In this document: positions 19,267 to 29,530 of the stretch, piece after piece
Position numbering within the stretch: position 1 is the stretch's first letter
Layout: every line of letters begins with the position of its first letter
Source of the DNA: Candidatus Uhrbacteria bacterium
GTDB taxonomy: Bacteria; Patescibacteriota; Patescibacteriia; UBA9934; GWF2-40-263
Length of the DNA: 64,000 bases
Assembly: GCA_016844925.1 (NCBI GenBank)
Contig: JAERTI010000055.1
Location: 65,459-129,458, forward strand
Direction: 5' to 3'
Translations under genes and position numbers: made by a program
The notes under the pieces: generated by a model
What the model was told of the DNA's origin: nothing
Database searches by the model: none
Seen by the model: only the letters and a program-made list of their open reading frames with translations

Positions 19267-22200
19267 ATGCACAACCCCGACACACCAACAAACCCGGACG
19301 ACGCTGGCGCCAACCCAGACGACACAACCGAGCCAACCGGTGCGGATACTGGTGCAGACACCGGCGCAGATACTGGCGCGAATCCAGACACAGGTACTGA
19401 CACCCCTGAAACCCCCGAGGCTGGTACGGAAACCCCCGAGGGTGAAGGTAATGATGAAAGCTCTCCCTTCAGTCGGATCGCTGATGCATTTCGAGAGAAA
19501 GCCGATCGGTTCATGACCATGCTTCGCGGTGAACGTCTTCCCGAGGAAGACGACACAGAGATGAGCAAGACGGAAATGGCTAAGCGTGGAGCAAAGGTTG
19601 GTATCAGTGTTCTGGCAACTCTTGGTGGATACAAGGGGGCATGGGATGTGCCTGCATGGTTTTATCAGAAGTTTTTCACCAACCCAGCAGAGCGCAAACG
19701 TATTAAAGAAGCTCTCGAAGAAGGTATAGATGAAGAAGATACTGCCTCATCTCCCCTTGAACAAAAACAACTTCAGATTCGTGCAGCGATTGAATCGTCC
19801 AAGTTTCTCTCGGCAGAAAAAAAGGAGAAGCTCTTTACGAAACTTCGTGACGCCATGACCACCCATGAGGGTGAGTTGGTCGCACTGGATAAAGAGCGCA
19901 ATGAGGCCATTGCTCAGCTCTTAGATGAATACATTACAACTCGCGTTAAGGGCACTGTCGCGCTCAAAGAAGGGGTCAACACAGCCCTGCATGCCGCTGC
20001 CGATGCCACAGGCCTGGGAGTCGCCATGCGCCTGGCGCGCTCTGGAACCTACGGAGCTGTCTCGCTCTATGAACGATGGGATCGCGTAAGCCAAGAACGT
20101 GAAACTGGCGCACGAGAAGGCGGACAGATGAAAGAGTTCATGAAAGGCTTCGGTGAAACCTGGGACAAACTTACGCTCAAAGGCGAAGGAACAAAGAAAG
20201 AAAAGGCCCTTGGCTTCGCGGCTGCTGCCGGAACTGTTGGAAGGTTCTTGGGCATGGGCGCTATTGGTGTAGAAGCCGGACTCGACACGGACGCCGGACA
20301 AGAAATGCTTAACAGCATGCTTGACAAGTTCGCAGGCGACAGTCTCCCTGATGCAGAAACAACTGCAGAAACCATCACCCCTGAAGTCGCTGGTGCTGAC
20401 ACCGGTGCTGAAGCAGTCACAGCCGAAGCTGCTGACGCTATTATCGCGGACACAGAGAGTGGCACCACAATCAGGCTTGGAGAGAGTACATTTGAAGCAT
20501 CGACTGAAGTGGGTGACGTCGGCCCGATCGAGTTTGAAACTCCTCAAATCGAATTAGGCACCGTGCGTACTGGCGATGGCATCTTGAAGACTCTTGAGAG
20601 ACAGATGGAGGCAGCTCCACAAAACTTTGGTTACGAAGGTGATCTGACTGATGCGAAGGCCATTGATGCTTGGGCAAAATCCACTGCCATGGAAGCCGCC
20701 CGTGAAAGCGGTGTGGTCTATGCCGGTGGCGATGTGCGCTTGGCAGAAAAAGCCATCGATAACCTCGCCGTCATGGCCAAACCAACGGCGGAAGGCGGCA
20801 TCAGCATCGTTCTTGTGAATAACGAGACCGGCGGATATCTCTCTTTGGAAGACGCAAAGGCTCAGGGGTTTACCTATGAGAGTGGAACTTACGCAGGGGG
20901 AGCAAAAGAAACTGAAGGAACGATTGCACGCCTTGATGAACTGAAGGAACGATCCGACGAACCAACATCTCTTGATTTTGAGCCAACCCCTGATGTCCCC
21001 CATTCCTTAGCGGGTGGAGCTATTCGATTTGAAGTTGGTCCGGGTGGAGAACTTGAATTCAAGCGTGTCATAGACACTGAGTGGTTCAATGAAAACAAAT
21101 CTTCATTGGAAGGCATGATCGATACTGGTGTCTTTGAGGAAAGTGTACCTGGTGCCATGGAAGGAGTGACCGACTCCACGGAGCGCCTAGCTGGATACAA
21201 AAAAATACTCATCGTCCTTGAAAAGAAAGGGCTATCAGAATCCGCTGAGGCAGACTTTATCCGACGTCGCATTGCCCTCGACCTTAAGACGTTGGATATT
21301 TACGCACCGAATTTTCTCAATGAAGAAAATCTTACGGATCTTGAAGACCTGTCTGCAGACGTTGATCTATCCACTCCTTTCACTGAACAGGTGGAGTCCT
21401 CAAATCAAATAGACACTATTCACGTACCTGGCATTGGAAAAGTTTCTTTTGAATACTCCTCAGACGGCACGCCGTCTATGGACTGGCAGAATCTCCAAGA
21501 TGAAATTGGCCCAGGTCTTCGTAGACAAGCAAAAGATCTTCTTACAAAAGGCTGGGAGGACGACTTTGGGGAGACGCGCGTTGGCTTCCTTACAGAGCAG
21601 GCAGCACAATCTGTAGCCGCAGAACTTTACCTAAAAAACCAAGCTCTCAACGAACTCATTACTGCCGGACATGACACTTCCCCTGAAGCAAAATTTCTTC
21701 AGCTATCTATTAAAGCCGACCTTCTTGGGAACGCCGGCATCCTTAATGAAGACAACCCTGTTATCAAATCCGCTCGAAGACTCACGGGTCTTGAGCCTAC
21801 AGTCGCAGCACCACCTGTTGCTGAGGTAGCAAAAACTGTTGAAAGCGTACCCCTTGAAACAGGTGCCCCTGAATTAACTGAAGTGCATGAGGAGGCAATG
21901 AGATTTATGGAGACAAATACGGAGCTTATTCAAGGATATCTTGATGCTGAACCAGGTGAGAAAGCAGATAGACTTTCTGCATTTGGTGAGAATTACGCCA
22001 CTCAGATTTACGAGATAAATAACGCGGGACTGGAGGGAAAGATGTCTATGGCAGGCGCTGATGGAACTCCTTTGGTTTTCGAGTTCGCTTTTGAAAAAAA
22101 TGGTGACGTCTTGGACTATACGATTACTGGACCAGATGGCACACACGCCAACTTTTCTATTGAAATCGATAGTGCAACGCGTGAGCCATCAACAATAACT

Positions 22201-22746
22201 ACATTCCTACCTTCAGAAGGGCCACCTGATGGTCACTTGCACGAGGCACCACCTGCACCTGAAGTGCCAGCGGGGCCCTCAGAAGGTCTTGAGAAAGCTC
22301 CGTTTGGAAACATGAAGTTCGATATTGCAGGAAAGGGTGATGTGCGCTTCACTTATGATGAAGATGGAAATGTAGACGATGTCTTCGTGCCTGGAAAATG
22401 GAACACGAATAGAGGTCTCATGAAAATTGCTTTGGCTGAGCAAGGCTACACCCCTGACAGCATCTCCGATGCATTTAGCGAAAGACGTGGAGGCTTGGGT
22501 CCAAAGGTTGATGGTGAATATGTCGCCCGAGATGCTCCTAAATACGCCGATACAGACACGAGTCACACTGGAGCTACTGCCGAAGATGAGGCACGAGCTT
22601 TTACGAAAAGCGTAACCAAACTGTATGTCCAAGAACGGGCACTAGAAGAAATGGCGCTACAGGACCTCGAAGACACACCAGAATACGCCGTACTAAAAGC
22701 CAAAACGGAATGGCTACGTGGAATCGTTGAAAAAGACCGTCCTTAA
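19267..22746 (+). CDS. Large acidic hypothetical protein (~1160 aa)
   Basis: Long ORF with likely start MHNPD; low-complexity GADT repeats, helical region, internally repeated beta-rich units. Confidence 0.8.
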   Translation: MHNPDTPTNPDDAGANPDDTTEPTGADTGADTGADTGANPDTGTDTPETPEAGTETPEGEGNDESSPFSRIADAFREKADRFMTMLRGERLPEEDDTEMSKTEMAKRGAKVGISVLATLGGYKGAWDVPAWFYQKFFTNPAERKRIKEALEEGIDEEDTASSPLEQKQLQIRAAIESSKFLSAEKKEKLFTKLRDAMTTHEGELVALDKERNEAIAQLLDEYITTRVKGTVALKEGVNTALHAAADATGLGVAMRLARSGTYGAVSLYERWDRVSQERETGAREGGQMKEFMKGFGETWDKLTLKGEGTKKEKALGFAAAAGTVGRFLGMGAIGVEAGLDTDAGQEMLNSMLDKFAGDSLPDAETTAETITPEVAGADTGAEAVTAEAADAIIADTESGTTIRLGESTFEASTEVGDVGPIEFETPQIELGTVRTGDGILKTLERQMEAAPQNFGYEGDLTDAKAIDAWAKSTAMEAARESGVVYAGGDVRLAEKAIDNLAVMAKPTAEGGISIVLVNNETGGYLSLEDAKAQGFTYESGTYAGGAKETEGTIARLDELKERSDEPTSLDFEPTPDVPHSLAGGAIRFEVGPGGELEFKRVIDTEWFNENKSSLEGMIDTGVFEESVPGAMEGVTDSTERLAGYKKILIVLEKKGLSESAEADFIRRRIALDLKTLDIYAPNFLNEENLTDLEDLSADVDLSTPFTEQVESSNQIDTIHVPGIGKVSFEYSSDGTPSMDWQNLQDEIGPGLRRQAKDLLTKGWEDDFGETRVGFLTEQAAQSVAAELYLKNQALNELITAGHDTSPEAKFLQLSIKADLLGNAGILNEDNPVIKSARRLTGLEPTVAAPPVAEVAKTVESVPLETGAPELTEVHEEAMRFMETNTELIQGYLDAEPGEKADRLSAFGENYATQIYEINNAGLEGKMSMAGADGTPLVFEFAFEKNGDVLDYTITGPDGTHANFSIEIDSATREPSTITTFLPSEGPPDGHLHEAPPAPEVPAGPSEGLEKAPFGNMKFDIAGKGDVRFTYDEDGNVDDVFVPGKWNTNRGLMKIALAEQGYTPDSISDAFSERRGGLGPKVDGEYVARDAPKYADTDTSHTGATAEDEARAFTKSVTKLYVQERALEEMALQDLEDTPEYAVLKAKTEWLRGIVEKDRP

Positions 22747-23270
22747 ACCTGATAGTGCAGCAACACCGCTTGATCATTGAGCTTCGTCGTATCGACGAGG
22801 CTCATTTCAATTCGGTCGAATCCAGAAGCGAGCGGGACACCCCCACCGAACAAGATGGGTTCAATGGTGAGGTAAAGGTCTGTCACAAGACCTGCTTGAA
22901 GAAACTGTGAGTACACACTGGAACCACCGGCCACAACGAGCCCCTCCACACCATCACGCTTCAATCCTTCAACAAGCTCCTCGACAGGCATCATCGCGTA
23001 CTCAACTGAACCCTCAGCAGGAACCTGATCCATGGGGGCAAAGCGTGGCTGCAGCTCGACATCCTTCGAGAGCACGACCGTGCGGCGCCCCGGGAGCGCC
23101 TTACCAATCGTCTCAAACGTGGTCTGCCCCATCACTAGGGTGCCGACCTCTTTTGTTTTATCAATAAAAAAACGGGTATCTTCCTTACTCGTCCAATCCA
23201 GAGAATTTTGATGAGGGCCCTCAGCGATCTTTCCATCCGCGCTCATGGCGGCGATAACGATAATGTTCAT
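22743..23270 (-). CDS. folA: Dihydrofolate reductase family protein
   Basis: SADGKI, MGQTTFETIGKALPGR and GGSSVY motifs; coupled to thyA. Confidence 0.85.
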   Translation of the reverse strand: MNIIVIAAMSADGKIAEGPHQNSLDWTSKEDTRFFIDKTKEVGTLVMGQTTFETIGKALPGRRTVVLSKDVELQPRFAPMDQVPAEGSVEYAMMPVEELVEGLKRDGVEGLVVAGGSSVYSQFLQAGLVTDLYLTIEPILFGGGVPLASGFDRIEMSLVDTTKLNDQAVLLHYQV

Positions 23271-24100
23271 ACAGCAATCTGCATCTTTTTTACCGGCGCA
23301 GCTGGCTTGTACTGTGCCTTAAACATCTTAAAGAGCTCGTGAACCAACTCCGCATCACCCTCTAGGGCTCGCTGAAATGATCGCTCTGGGAGCTGACAGA
23401 AGATCTCGTCATGACTGTGCTCATCACGCTCGACAAGCTCTTCAACCTGATCGTAATGATTCTCGTAGATGTGCGCGTGAGAAATCGAAACCGTCAACTT
23501 CCCGACTCCGACTCCGAGCTCCTGCGCAAGCATGGCCTGCAGGAGCGCGAAGCCCGCGGTATCGTGTGGGTTGCCAAGCATCATGTCGTTGGATCGAATC
23601 ACAAGATGCACGTTCAACTTTCCGCCGATAATATTCGCTGTCCAACAGAACGGACACGGAACGTTTTTCTTTTTTGGTGCCGTGAGCCCATCGTCTGACG
23701 GATCCCACATCAAAACGACCCCCTGACGAGACGTGGGTTCGTCCCGTAGGTGCTGCACAAGATCCAGAAGTTGGTCGCGACCAAAATGATGACGCCAACG
23801 ATACCCATAGGCACACTCAATCGTGCCATCTTCCTCGGCAAATTGATCCCAAATCTTTGTGAACTGTCGCAGAAAATCAAGATGCTTCTCCCCCATGACC
23901 ATCCAAACAACCTCAGCGCAAAACAGACGCACAGGAATCTTTCTCAGTGTCAGTAGCGGAAACCCTTGTGAGGGTTCGAGTTCATACGTGAGCCCAGGGA
24001 GCGCTCGAGTTGATAAACCCGTCCGATCCGAAAACACCTCATCCCCCCGTTGATAGACACGTGCGATCGCGTCTTTGTAAAGCGCATCAAAGTTCGTCAT
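23267..24100 (-). CDS. thyA: Thymidylate synthase family protein (Asp at the Asn177 position)
   Basis: DRTG, FPLLTLRK, YGYRWR, VPC, RSND and HIYENH motifs. Confidence 0.88.
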   Translation of the reverse strand: MTNFDALYKDAIARVYQRGDEVFSDRTGLSTRALPGLTYELEPSQGFPLLTLRKIPVRLFCAEVVWMVMGEKHLDFLRQFTKIWDQFAEEDGTIECAYGYRWRHHFGRDQLLDLVQHLRDEPTSRQGVVLMWDPSDDGLTAPKKKNVPCPFCWTANIIGGKLNVHLVIRSNDMMLGNPHDTAGFALLQAMLAQELGVGVGKLTVSISHAHIYENHYDQVEELVERDEHSHDEIFCQLPERSFQRALEGDAELVHELFKMFKAQYKPAAPVKKMQIAV

Positions 24101-24181
24101 AGCCCCCCAACTTTAGCACTGGCGGTCCGTGGTTTCCACCAGCCGTTTTTTTGTCTAAAATAGGTACGTTATTCATTAGCT

Positions 24182-24925
24182 GTGGACAAGTTTAGATTTG
24201 ATACACTTATGAAGAGACCTGGTAGGTTCATTATGGTCGACGGCATGACTGGCTCGGGAAAATCGACGGTCATCAATGCTGTACAAACTTGGGCGCAGTC
24301 CTGTGATCACAAAATCTTCTCACTGAACGATTGGCAGCAAGATGAGCCGCCACGGTTCGAAGACATCCCAGACTACGACATCTACTTCACCTACGAACCA
24401 ACACGCACCTGGGTCGGACGCGCCATTCGCTACGAACTCTCGCGTGCAGACCAACCCTACGGGGGTGAAGAACTCGCGCACGCCTTCGCGCTCGACCGAC
24501 AAATCATGTACCGACGCCTGATCATCCCAGCGCTCCAAGCGGGCAAGATGATTATCCAGGATCGAGGTGTCTCCTCTTCCCTGGTCTACCAGCCAGTCAT
24601 GCCAGATTCTGTGCCCCTGGAAACCGTGAAGACTCTGCCTGGCAACGCGCTCGCGCTTGAGCACGCTCCTGATGCACTCATCCTCACCAAGCTCAGTGCA
24701 CAGATCGCACACACACGTCTACAAACACGAGCCGGAGACTCAAAGGGGGTCTTCATGAATCTCGACTTTCTAAAAAAACAGGAGGAACGTTTTGCCAGCA
24801 CTTGGCTTAAGGAGCTCTTTGAGCAGCACGGCTCAAAACTCTTTACCCTTGACACGTCCGGGACCATGGAAGAATCCCGACAGGCCGCAACGGACCTTAT
24901 CGATCATATTTTGACCACGTGCTAG
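24182..24925 (+). CDS. tmk: Thymidylate kinase
   Basis: DGMTGSGKST P-loop, EPT and QDRGVSSSLVYQ motifs. Confidence 0.88.
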   Translation: MDKFRFDTLMKRPGRFIMVDGMTGSGKSTVINAVQTWAQSCDHKIFSLNDWQQDEPPRFEDIPDYDIYFTYEPTRTWVGRAIRYELSRADQPYGGEELAHAFALDRQIMYRRLIIPALQAGKMIIQDRGVSSSLVYQPVMPDSVPLETVKTLPGNALALEHAPDALILTKLSAQIAHTRLQTRAGDSKGVFMNLDFLKKQEERFASTWLKELFEQHGSKLFTLDTSGTMEESRQAATDLIDHILTTC

Positions 24926-24927
24926 CT

Positions 24928-25800
24928 ATGCCTAAACAGCTCATTTCCGTCGGACAACTTATTGACCAATCGTGGGAGATCTATAGATCACGTTTTGTTC
25001 CCCTCATGACCATCTCTGGCTGGCTTGTGTTAACGGCCGTCTTCTACGCCATTGCCTTAGCGTTTTACCCATCTGCCAGCGTGCTGCAAACAGGTGCTGG
25101 GCTCACAACGTTTGAGGCGTTTGGTGTGGTGTTCTTCATGATCACAACACTCGTCCTTGCTCCCATTATCAGCTTCTGGATCTACACCTCTATTGGACGC
25201 GCTTTGTCCATGCACTTTGCGCGACGCACACCCAATACCAAAAAGGCCATGCTTCAGGGAAAGGATGTTTTTCTTCAGGCCCTGCTCACCTCAGCCATGG
25301 TCATGCTCATGATCCTGCTCGCGATCGTCATCGGTTTTGGGCCAGCTATTTTCCTCGCGACCGTTGCTGCACTCGCCAACGCCTCTTCACTCGTTATTCT
25401 AGCGAACATCCTGCTCATTGTTGGCATCTTTGTTGCGCTCTTTTTCTCCATTAAGTGGCTCGTCTACTACATTCTCGCTCCTCTCATCACCATCCTTGAT
25501 GGGGACCGTGGCAAAGCCGCGTTGATCAAAAGCCGTTCCCTCATCGAGGGCCGCTTCTGGGACGTGCTCATGCGCGTGAGTGTGCCAAAACTTGTCTTCT
25601 TCATCTTCGGTGTGTTTGCCATGTCCATCTTCAGCTACGTTGTCGGCATCCTCATTGATGCCAGTGGTGGAATCAATCTAGACCTGCAGGTACGCATCAG
25701 CACCATGGTGCAAACCATTGTACCGATAGTCATCGCCGCCTTTATCAACCCTCTCATCATTATCTCCGACGTCCTGCTCCTGCGATCACTTGAAGAATAA
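24928..25800 (+). CDS. Polytopic membrane protein
   Basis: Multiple TMs; KSRSLIEGRFW motif shared with the next gene. Confidence 0.8.
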   Translation: MPKQLISVGQLIDQSWEIYRSRFVPLMTISGWLVLTAVFYAIALAFYPSASVLQTGAGLTTFEAFGVVFFMITTLVLAPIISFWIYTSIGRALSMHFARRTPNTKKAMLQGKDVFLQALLTSAMVMLMILLAIVIGFGPAIFLATVAALANASSLVILANILLIVGIFVALFFSIKWLVYYILAPLITILDGDRGKAALIKSRSLIEGRFWDVLMRVSVPKLVFFIFGVFAMSIFSYVVGILIDASGGINLDLQVRISTMVQTIVPIVIAAFINPLIIISDVLLLRSLEE

Positions 25801-25802
25801 CT

Positions 25803-26540
25803 ATGCTCATGACTGCAACGGAACTCCTGAAAGAAAGCCTACAACTTTACCGAAAACAATTTTGGCTCTTTGTCGGATACGCCGCGTGGCTCCTCGTGCC
25901 ATTTGCGGCGTTTGTGATTTTAATGTCCACTCCAGAGCACCCAGCGATTCTCGGCCTCGCCATCTTGGCGGCCTTGGGAGAACTCTTCGTAGGGCTCTGG
26001 ATCACGATTACGATTGTCCTTCTGACTAAGCAACTCTCCGAAGGAACCGATCTTGATGCTGCCCAAACCTCTCGCAACGCCCTCATGGGGATTCAAAATC
26101 TTCTTGCGACCATCTTTCTCCAAATCCTTATCGTCCTTGGAGGATTCCTCCTCTTGATTATCCCCGGCATCATGTTTGCCATCTGGTACGGACTGTCTCA
26201 GACAGCCGCCGTGATCGACGGCAAGCGCCCCATCGATGCCCTCTCCACGAGCCGCTCCCTTGTCCGCGGCAGGTTCGCTCCTGTTGCCTGGCGCATGATT
26301 AGCGTTCCCATCGGTATGTGGATTGTCTATTCCATTATCGTCGGTGGTGTCATCTATATCATCGCGGGATTAGCCGGCCTGGACCCCGTGACCGTCCTCT
26401 CGGAGGAGCCCGCCATCTGGGTAGAAATCCTAGAAGCTGTTGGGGAAATCTTCCTCATCCCACTAGCACTCATCTACTCCACTCTCCTCTACCTCGATTT
26501 GAAAAACCACCCACTTGAAGCCCCTGAAAAAGTCGCGTAA
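25803..26540 (+). CDS. Polytopic membrane protein, paralog of the upstream gene
   Basis: LLIIPGIMFAIW and ALSTSRSLVRGRF motifs. Confidence 0.8.
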   Translation: MLMTATELLKESLQLYRKQFWLFVGYAAWLLVPFAAFVILMSTPEHPAILGLAILAALGELFVGLWITITIVLLTKQLSEGTDLDAAQTSRNALMGIQNLLATIFLQILIVLGGFLLLIIPGIMFAIWYGLSQTAAVIDGKRPIDALSTSRSLVRGRFAPVAWRMISVPIGMWIVYSIIVGGVIYIIAGLAGLDPVTVLSEEPAIWVEILEAVGEIFLIPLALIYSTLLYLDLKNHPLEAPEKVA

Positions 26541-26552
26541 CCTCCTGTGCAT

Positions 26553-28067
26553 ATGAAATACGAGCCGATTATTGGACTTGAAATTCACGTTCAGCTGAAA
26601 ACCAAAACGAAAATGTTTTGCGGCTGTCCTACCCACGACAGTGCGGTGGCACCCAACACGAACGTCTGCCCTATCTGCCTAGGTCACCCAGGTGTCCTTC
26701 CTGTCCCAAACGTTCAAGCCATTCGCTATGGCGTACGCATGGGTCTAGCACTCAATTGCGATATCGCTCCGCACAGCAAGTTTGACCGAAAGAACTACTT
26801 CTACCCAGACCTTCCCAAGGCCTACCAAATTTCTCAATTCGATCTCCCAATCGCTGAAAACGGTCACGTCGACATCGTTGTGCCAGGAGCGGAGCGTGAA
26901 GCTGTGCGTATTGGTATCACACGCGCGCACCTTGAAGAGGACGCTGCCAAGAACGTTCATGGGGATGACGGAGCCACGTATGTCGACTTCAACCGTGGAG
27001 GCACCCCGCTCGTAGAGATCGTGACCGAGCCAGATTTTCGATCCGCACGAGAGGCAAAAATCTTCTTGCAAGAACTCCGTTTGATTGCCCGCTATCTTGG
27101 TGTTTCAAGCGCCGACATGGAGAAGGGGCACATGCGCTGCGATGCAAACATCTCGCTTCGAGAGATCGATGCAGACGGCAAGCCGACCACCACGGCCTTC
27201 AATCCAAAAACAGAAATCAAGAACCTGAACAGCTTCCGTCACGTGGAGCGCGCCATTGAGCACGAGATTCAGCGCCAGACAAAACTCTGGGAGGCTGATA
27301 CCCCTCCGATGGAAAGCACCACACGTGGCTGGGACGATGCCAAGGGTGTCACGGTCGGACAACGCTCAAAGGAAGATGCCGCCGACTATCGCTACTTCCC
27401 CGAGCCAGACATTCCCCCACTCAAACTCGCAGAGATGGCAGACGAGGAACGTGGCCAGCTCCCAGAGCTTCCAGCGGCGCGACGCGCACGCTTTGAAGAA
27501 GAGTACGCGCTCAAACCATCAGACGCTCGACAAATGTGCGATGATCCAGCGCTCGCTGATTTCACAGAGCACGTCTTCTCTGAACTGCACGCCTGGCTGG
27601 ATTCACTCGACGATGTCGAAGACATCGAGACTGAGAAGAAAAAACTTGGGAAGCTCGTAGCCAGCTGGCTCCTCTCCCGCCTCGGCGGCCTGCTCTCAGA
27701 GCGATCTATCGATGTGCGCATCATGAAGATCAATCCTGAGAACTTCGCTGAATTCGTCACCCTTATAGCCACTCGCAAGCTCAACAACGCAGGTGGACTG
27801 AAGGTGTTGGGGATCATGCTTGAAAGCGGAGAAGACCCAACCCACATCATGGAAGACCAACAACTCGGCCGCATGGAAGACGAAGGTGCTATTGCCAAGA
27901 TTGTGACCCGTGTAATCGAGAGCCATCCAGAAGAAGTTGCTCGCTACAAGGCCGGTGAAGAGCAGCTGATTAAGTTCCTGATCGGCATGGTCATGAAGGC
28001 CTCAGAAGGTACCGCTGATGCAGGGATCGCAAAAAACATGTTGCTTGTTGAACTAAAAGCAGAATAG
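26553..28067 (+). CDS. gatB: Asp/Glu-tRNA amidotransferase subunit B
   Basis: IGLEIHVQL, FDRKNYFYPDLPK and DYRYFPEPD motifs. Confidence 0.97.
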   Translation: MKYEPIIGLEIHVQLKTKTKMFCGCPTHDSAVAPNTNVCPICLGHPGVLPVPNVQAIRYGVRMGLALNCDIAPHSKFDRKNYFYPDLPKAYQISQFDLPIAENGHVDIVVPGAEREAVRIGITRAHLEEDAAKNVHGDDGATYVDFNRGGTPLVEIVTEPDFRSAREAKIFLQELRLIARYLGVSSADMEKGHMRCDANISLREIDADGKPTTTAFNPKTEIKNLNSFRHVERAIEHEIQRQTKLWEADTPPMESTTRGWDDAKGVTVGQRSKEDAADYRYFPEPDIPPLKLAEMADEERGQLPELPAARRARFEEEYALKPSDARQMCDDPALADFTEHVFSELHAWLDSLDDVEDIETEKKKLGKLVASWLLSRLGGLLSERSIDVRIMKINPENFAEFVTLIATRKLNNAGGLKVLGIMLESGEDPTHIMEDQQLGRMEDEGAIAKIVTRVIESHPEEVARYKAGEEQLIKFLIGMVMKASEGTADAGIAKNMLLVELKAE

Positions 28068-28069
28068 CT

Positions 28070-28540
28070 ATGGCAACAAATCGATTTCTAGGACACTTGG
28101 TTGTTGCTGGTTTTGTAGAACGTGACGGAAAACTCCTCGTGATCCGAGAACGTGTCCCCCACGATGATCCAGACGCCCCGATTGTCATGAACCAACCAGC
28201 AGGGCATGTCGAGACAAAAGAAACGTTTAGTCAGGCCGTTGTTCGAGAAGTTCTCGAAGAGACGGGCTATAACGTCAAACCCATCGATCTCGTTGGGATC
28301 TATCAAAAAGTGACAGAAGACGCGACCATCGTCTACGCCTCATTTCGATGCGAGCTCACGGACCCAGAACAGCACCCCATCGAAGCGCCAGAAATCATCG
28401 AAACGCTCTGGCTTACCGAGGAAGAAGTCATGGCACGACAGGATGAGCACCGCTCATCAACGACCACGAGTCGCTTCAAAGATTTCTTTGCTGGCAAACA
28501 ACTCCCCCTTGAGACCATTACACAATTCGATTGGAACTAA
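28070..28540 (+). CDS. NUDIX hydrolase (NudJ-like)
   Basis: NQPAGHVE...AVVREVLEETG Nudix box. Confidence 0.9.
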   Translation: MATNRFLGHLVVAGFVERDGKLLVIRERVPHDDPDAPIVMNQPAGHVETKETFSQAVVREVLEETGYNVKPIDLVGIYQKVTEDATIVYASFRCELTDPEQHPIEAPEIIETLWLTEEEVMARQDEHRSSTTTSRFKDFFAGKQLPLETITQFDWN

Positions 28541-28555
28541 TCAAAAGCCCACGGA

Positions 28556-29530
28556 TTACTCCGTGGGTTTTTTGGTTAAAAAGTTTCGCACAAACAAGGT
28601 GGCTCTTTCGTGTTCACCAGGCTTGATCCACTCGACCCCCTCCACCCGCTTGAGCCACGTCATCTGACGCTTGGCGTAGTGGCGCGTGTCTCGTTTAATG
28701 TGCTCAATGGCGTCTGCGAGCTTTTCCTCACCAGAGAGGAATGCGCAAACCTGCCGATAACCGATCCCCGTCATAGCATCAATCTCACAACCGTAGGCAT
28801 CCTTGAGTCCGCGCACCTCGTCGATGAGCCCGCGACCAATCATCTCGTCCACACGGTCATCAATACGCGCGTACAGCTGCTGACGATCAACACGCAGGCC
28901 AATCTGCAACACATCATACTGTGGCTCCCCAGCGGTCTTCAACTGCGAAAACGGCGTCCCTGTAAGCTTTGTCACCTCCAGCGCACGTACCACCCGCCGT
29001 TTATTGCTCTTGTCGATCGTCTGAGCGCCCTCAGGATCGAGCTGCTTATATTCATGATACAAGTCCCCTAAACGTCTATTCTCAAGCTCCTGGCGCAATT
29101 CTGGATCACTTGGCGTTGATGCTAGGTCGAGATTCTCAATGAGAGCCTTCATCCACATCCCTGTACCCCCAACCAGAATCGGCAACTTCCCGCGTGCGGT
29201 GATCTCCTCAATCTTGCGTTCAGCATATTCTTTAAATCGCGCCGCGGAATACTCCTCGTTTGGATCGACAAGATCGATCCCCCAGTGAGGCACCCCTTCA
29301 ACCAAAAACGTTTTACGTGCACCAAACATCTGATCGATGCTCCCGCCTTTTTCAATCTCAGACTCGACCCACTCCCCCTCAGACTTTGCGGTCCCAATGT
29401 CCATGCCGCGATACACCTGCCTAGAGTCGACCGAGATCACCTCTCCGTCAAACGTCTTGGCAAGCGCAATACCCAAGGAAGTCTTCCCTGAAGCCGTTGG
29501 CCCCACGATGGCTATGATCTTTGGTTTCAT
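28556..29530 (-). CDS. miaA: tRNA dimethylallyltransferase
   Basis: GPTASGKT, DSRQVYRGMDIGTAK and YAKRQMTW motifs. Confidence 0.96.
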   Translation of the reverse strand: MKPKIIAIVGPTASGKTSLGIALAKTFDGEVISVDSRQVYRGMDIGTAKSEGEWVESEIEKGGSIDQMFGARKTFLVEGVPHWGIDLVDPNEEYSAARFKEYAERKIEEITARGKLPILVGGTGMWMKALIENLDLASTPSDPELRQELENRRLGDLYHEYKQLDPEGAQTIDKSNKRRVVRALEVTKLTGTPFSQLKTAGEPQYDVLQIGLRVDRQQLYARIDDRVDEMIGRGLIDEVRGLKDAYGCEIDAMTGIGYRQVCAFLSGEEKLADAIEHIKRDTRHYAKRQMTWLKRVEGVEWIKPGEHERATLFVRNFLTKKPTE

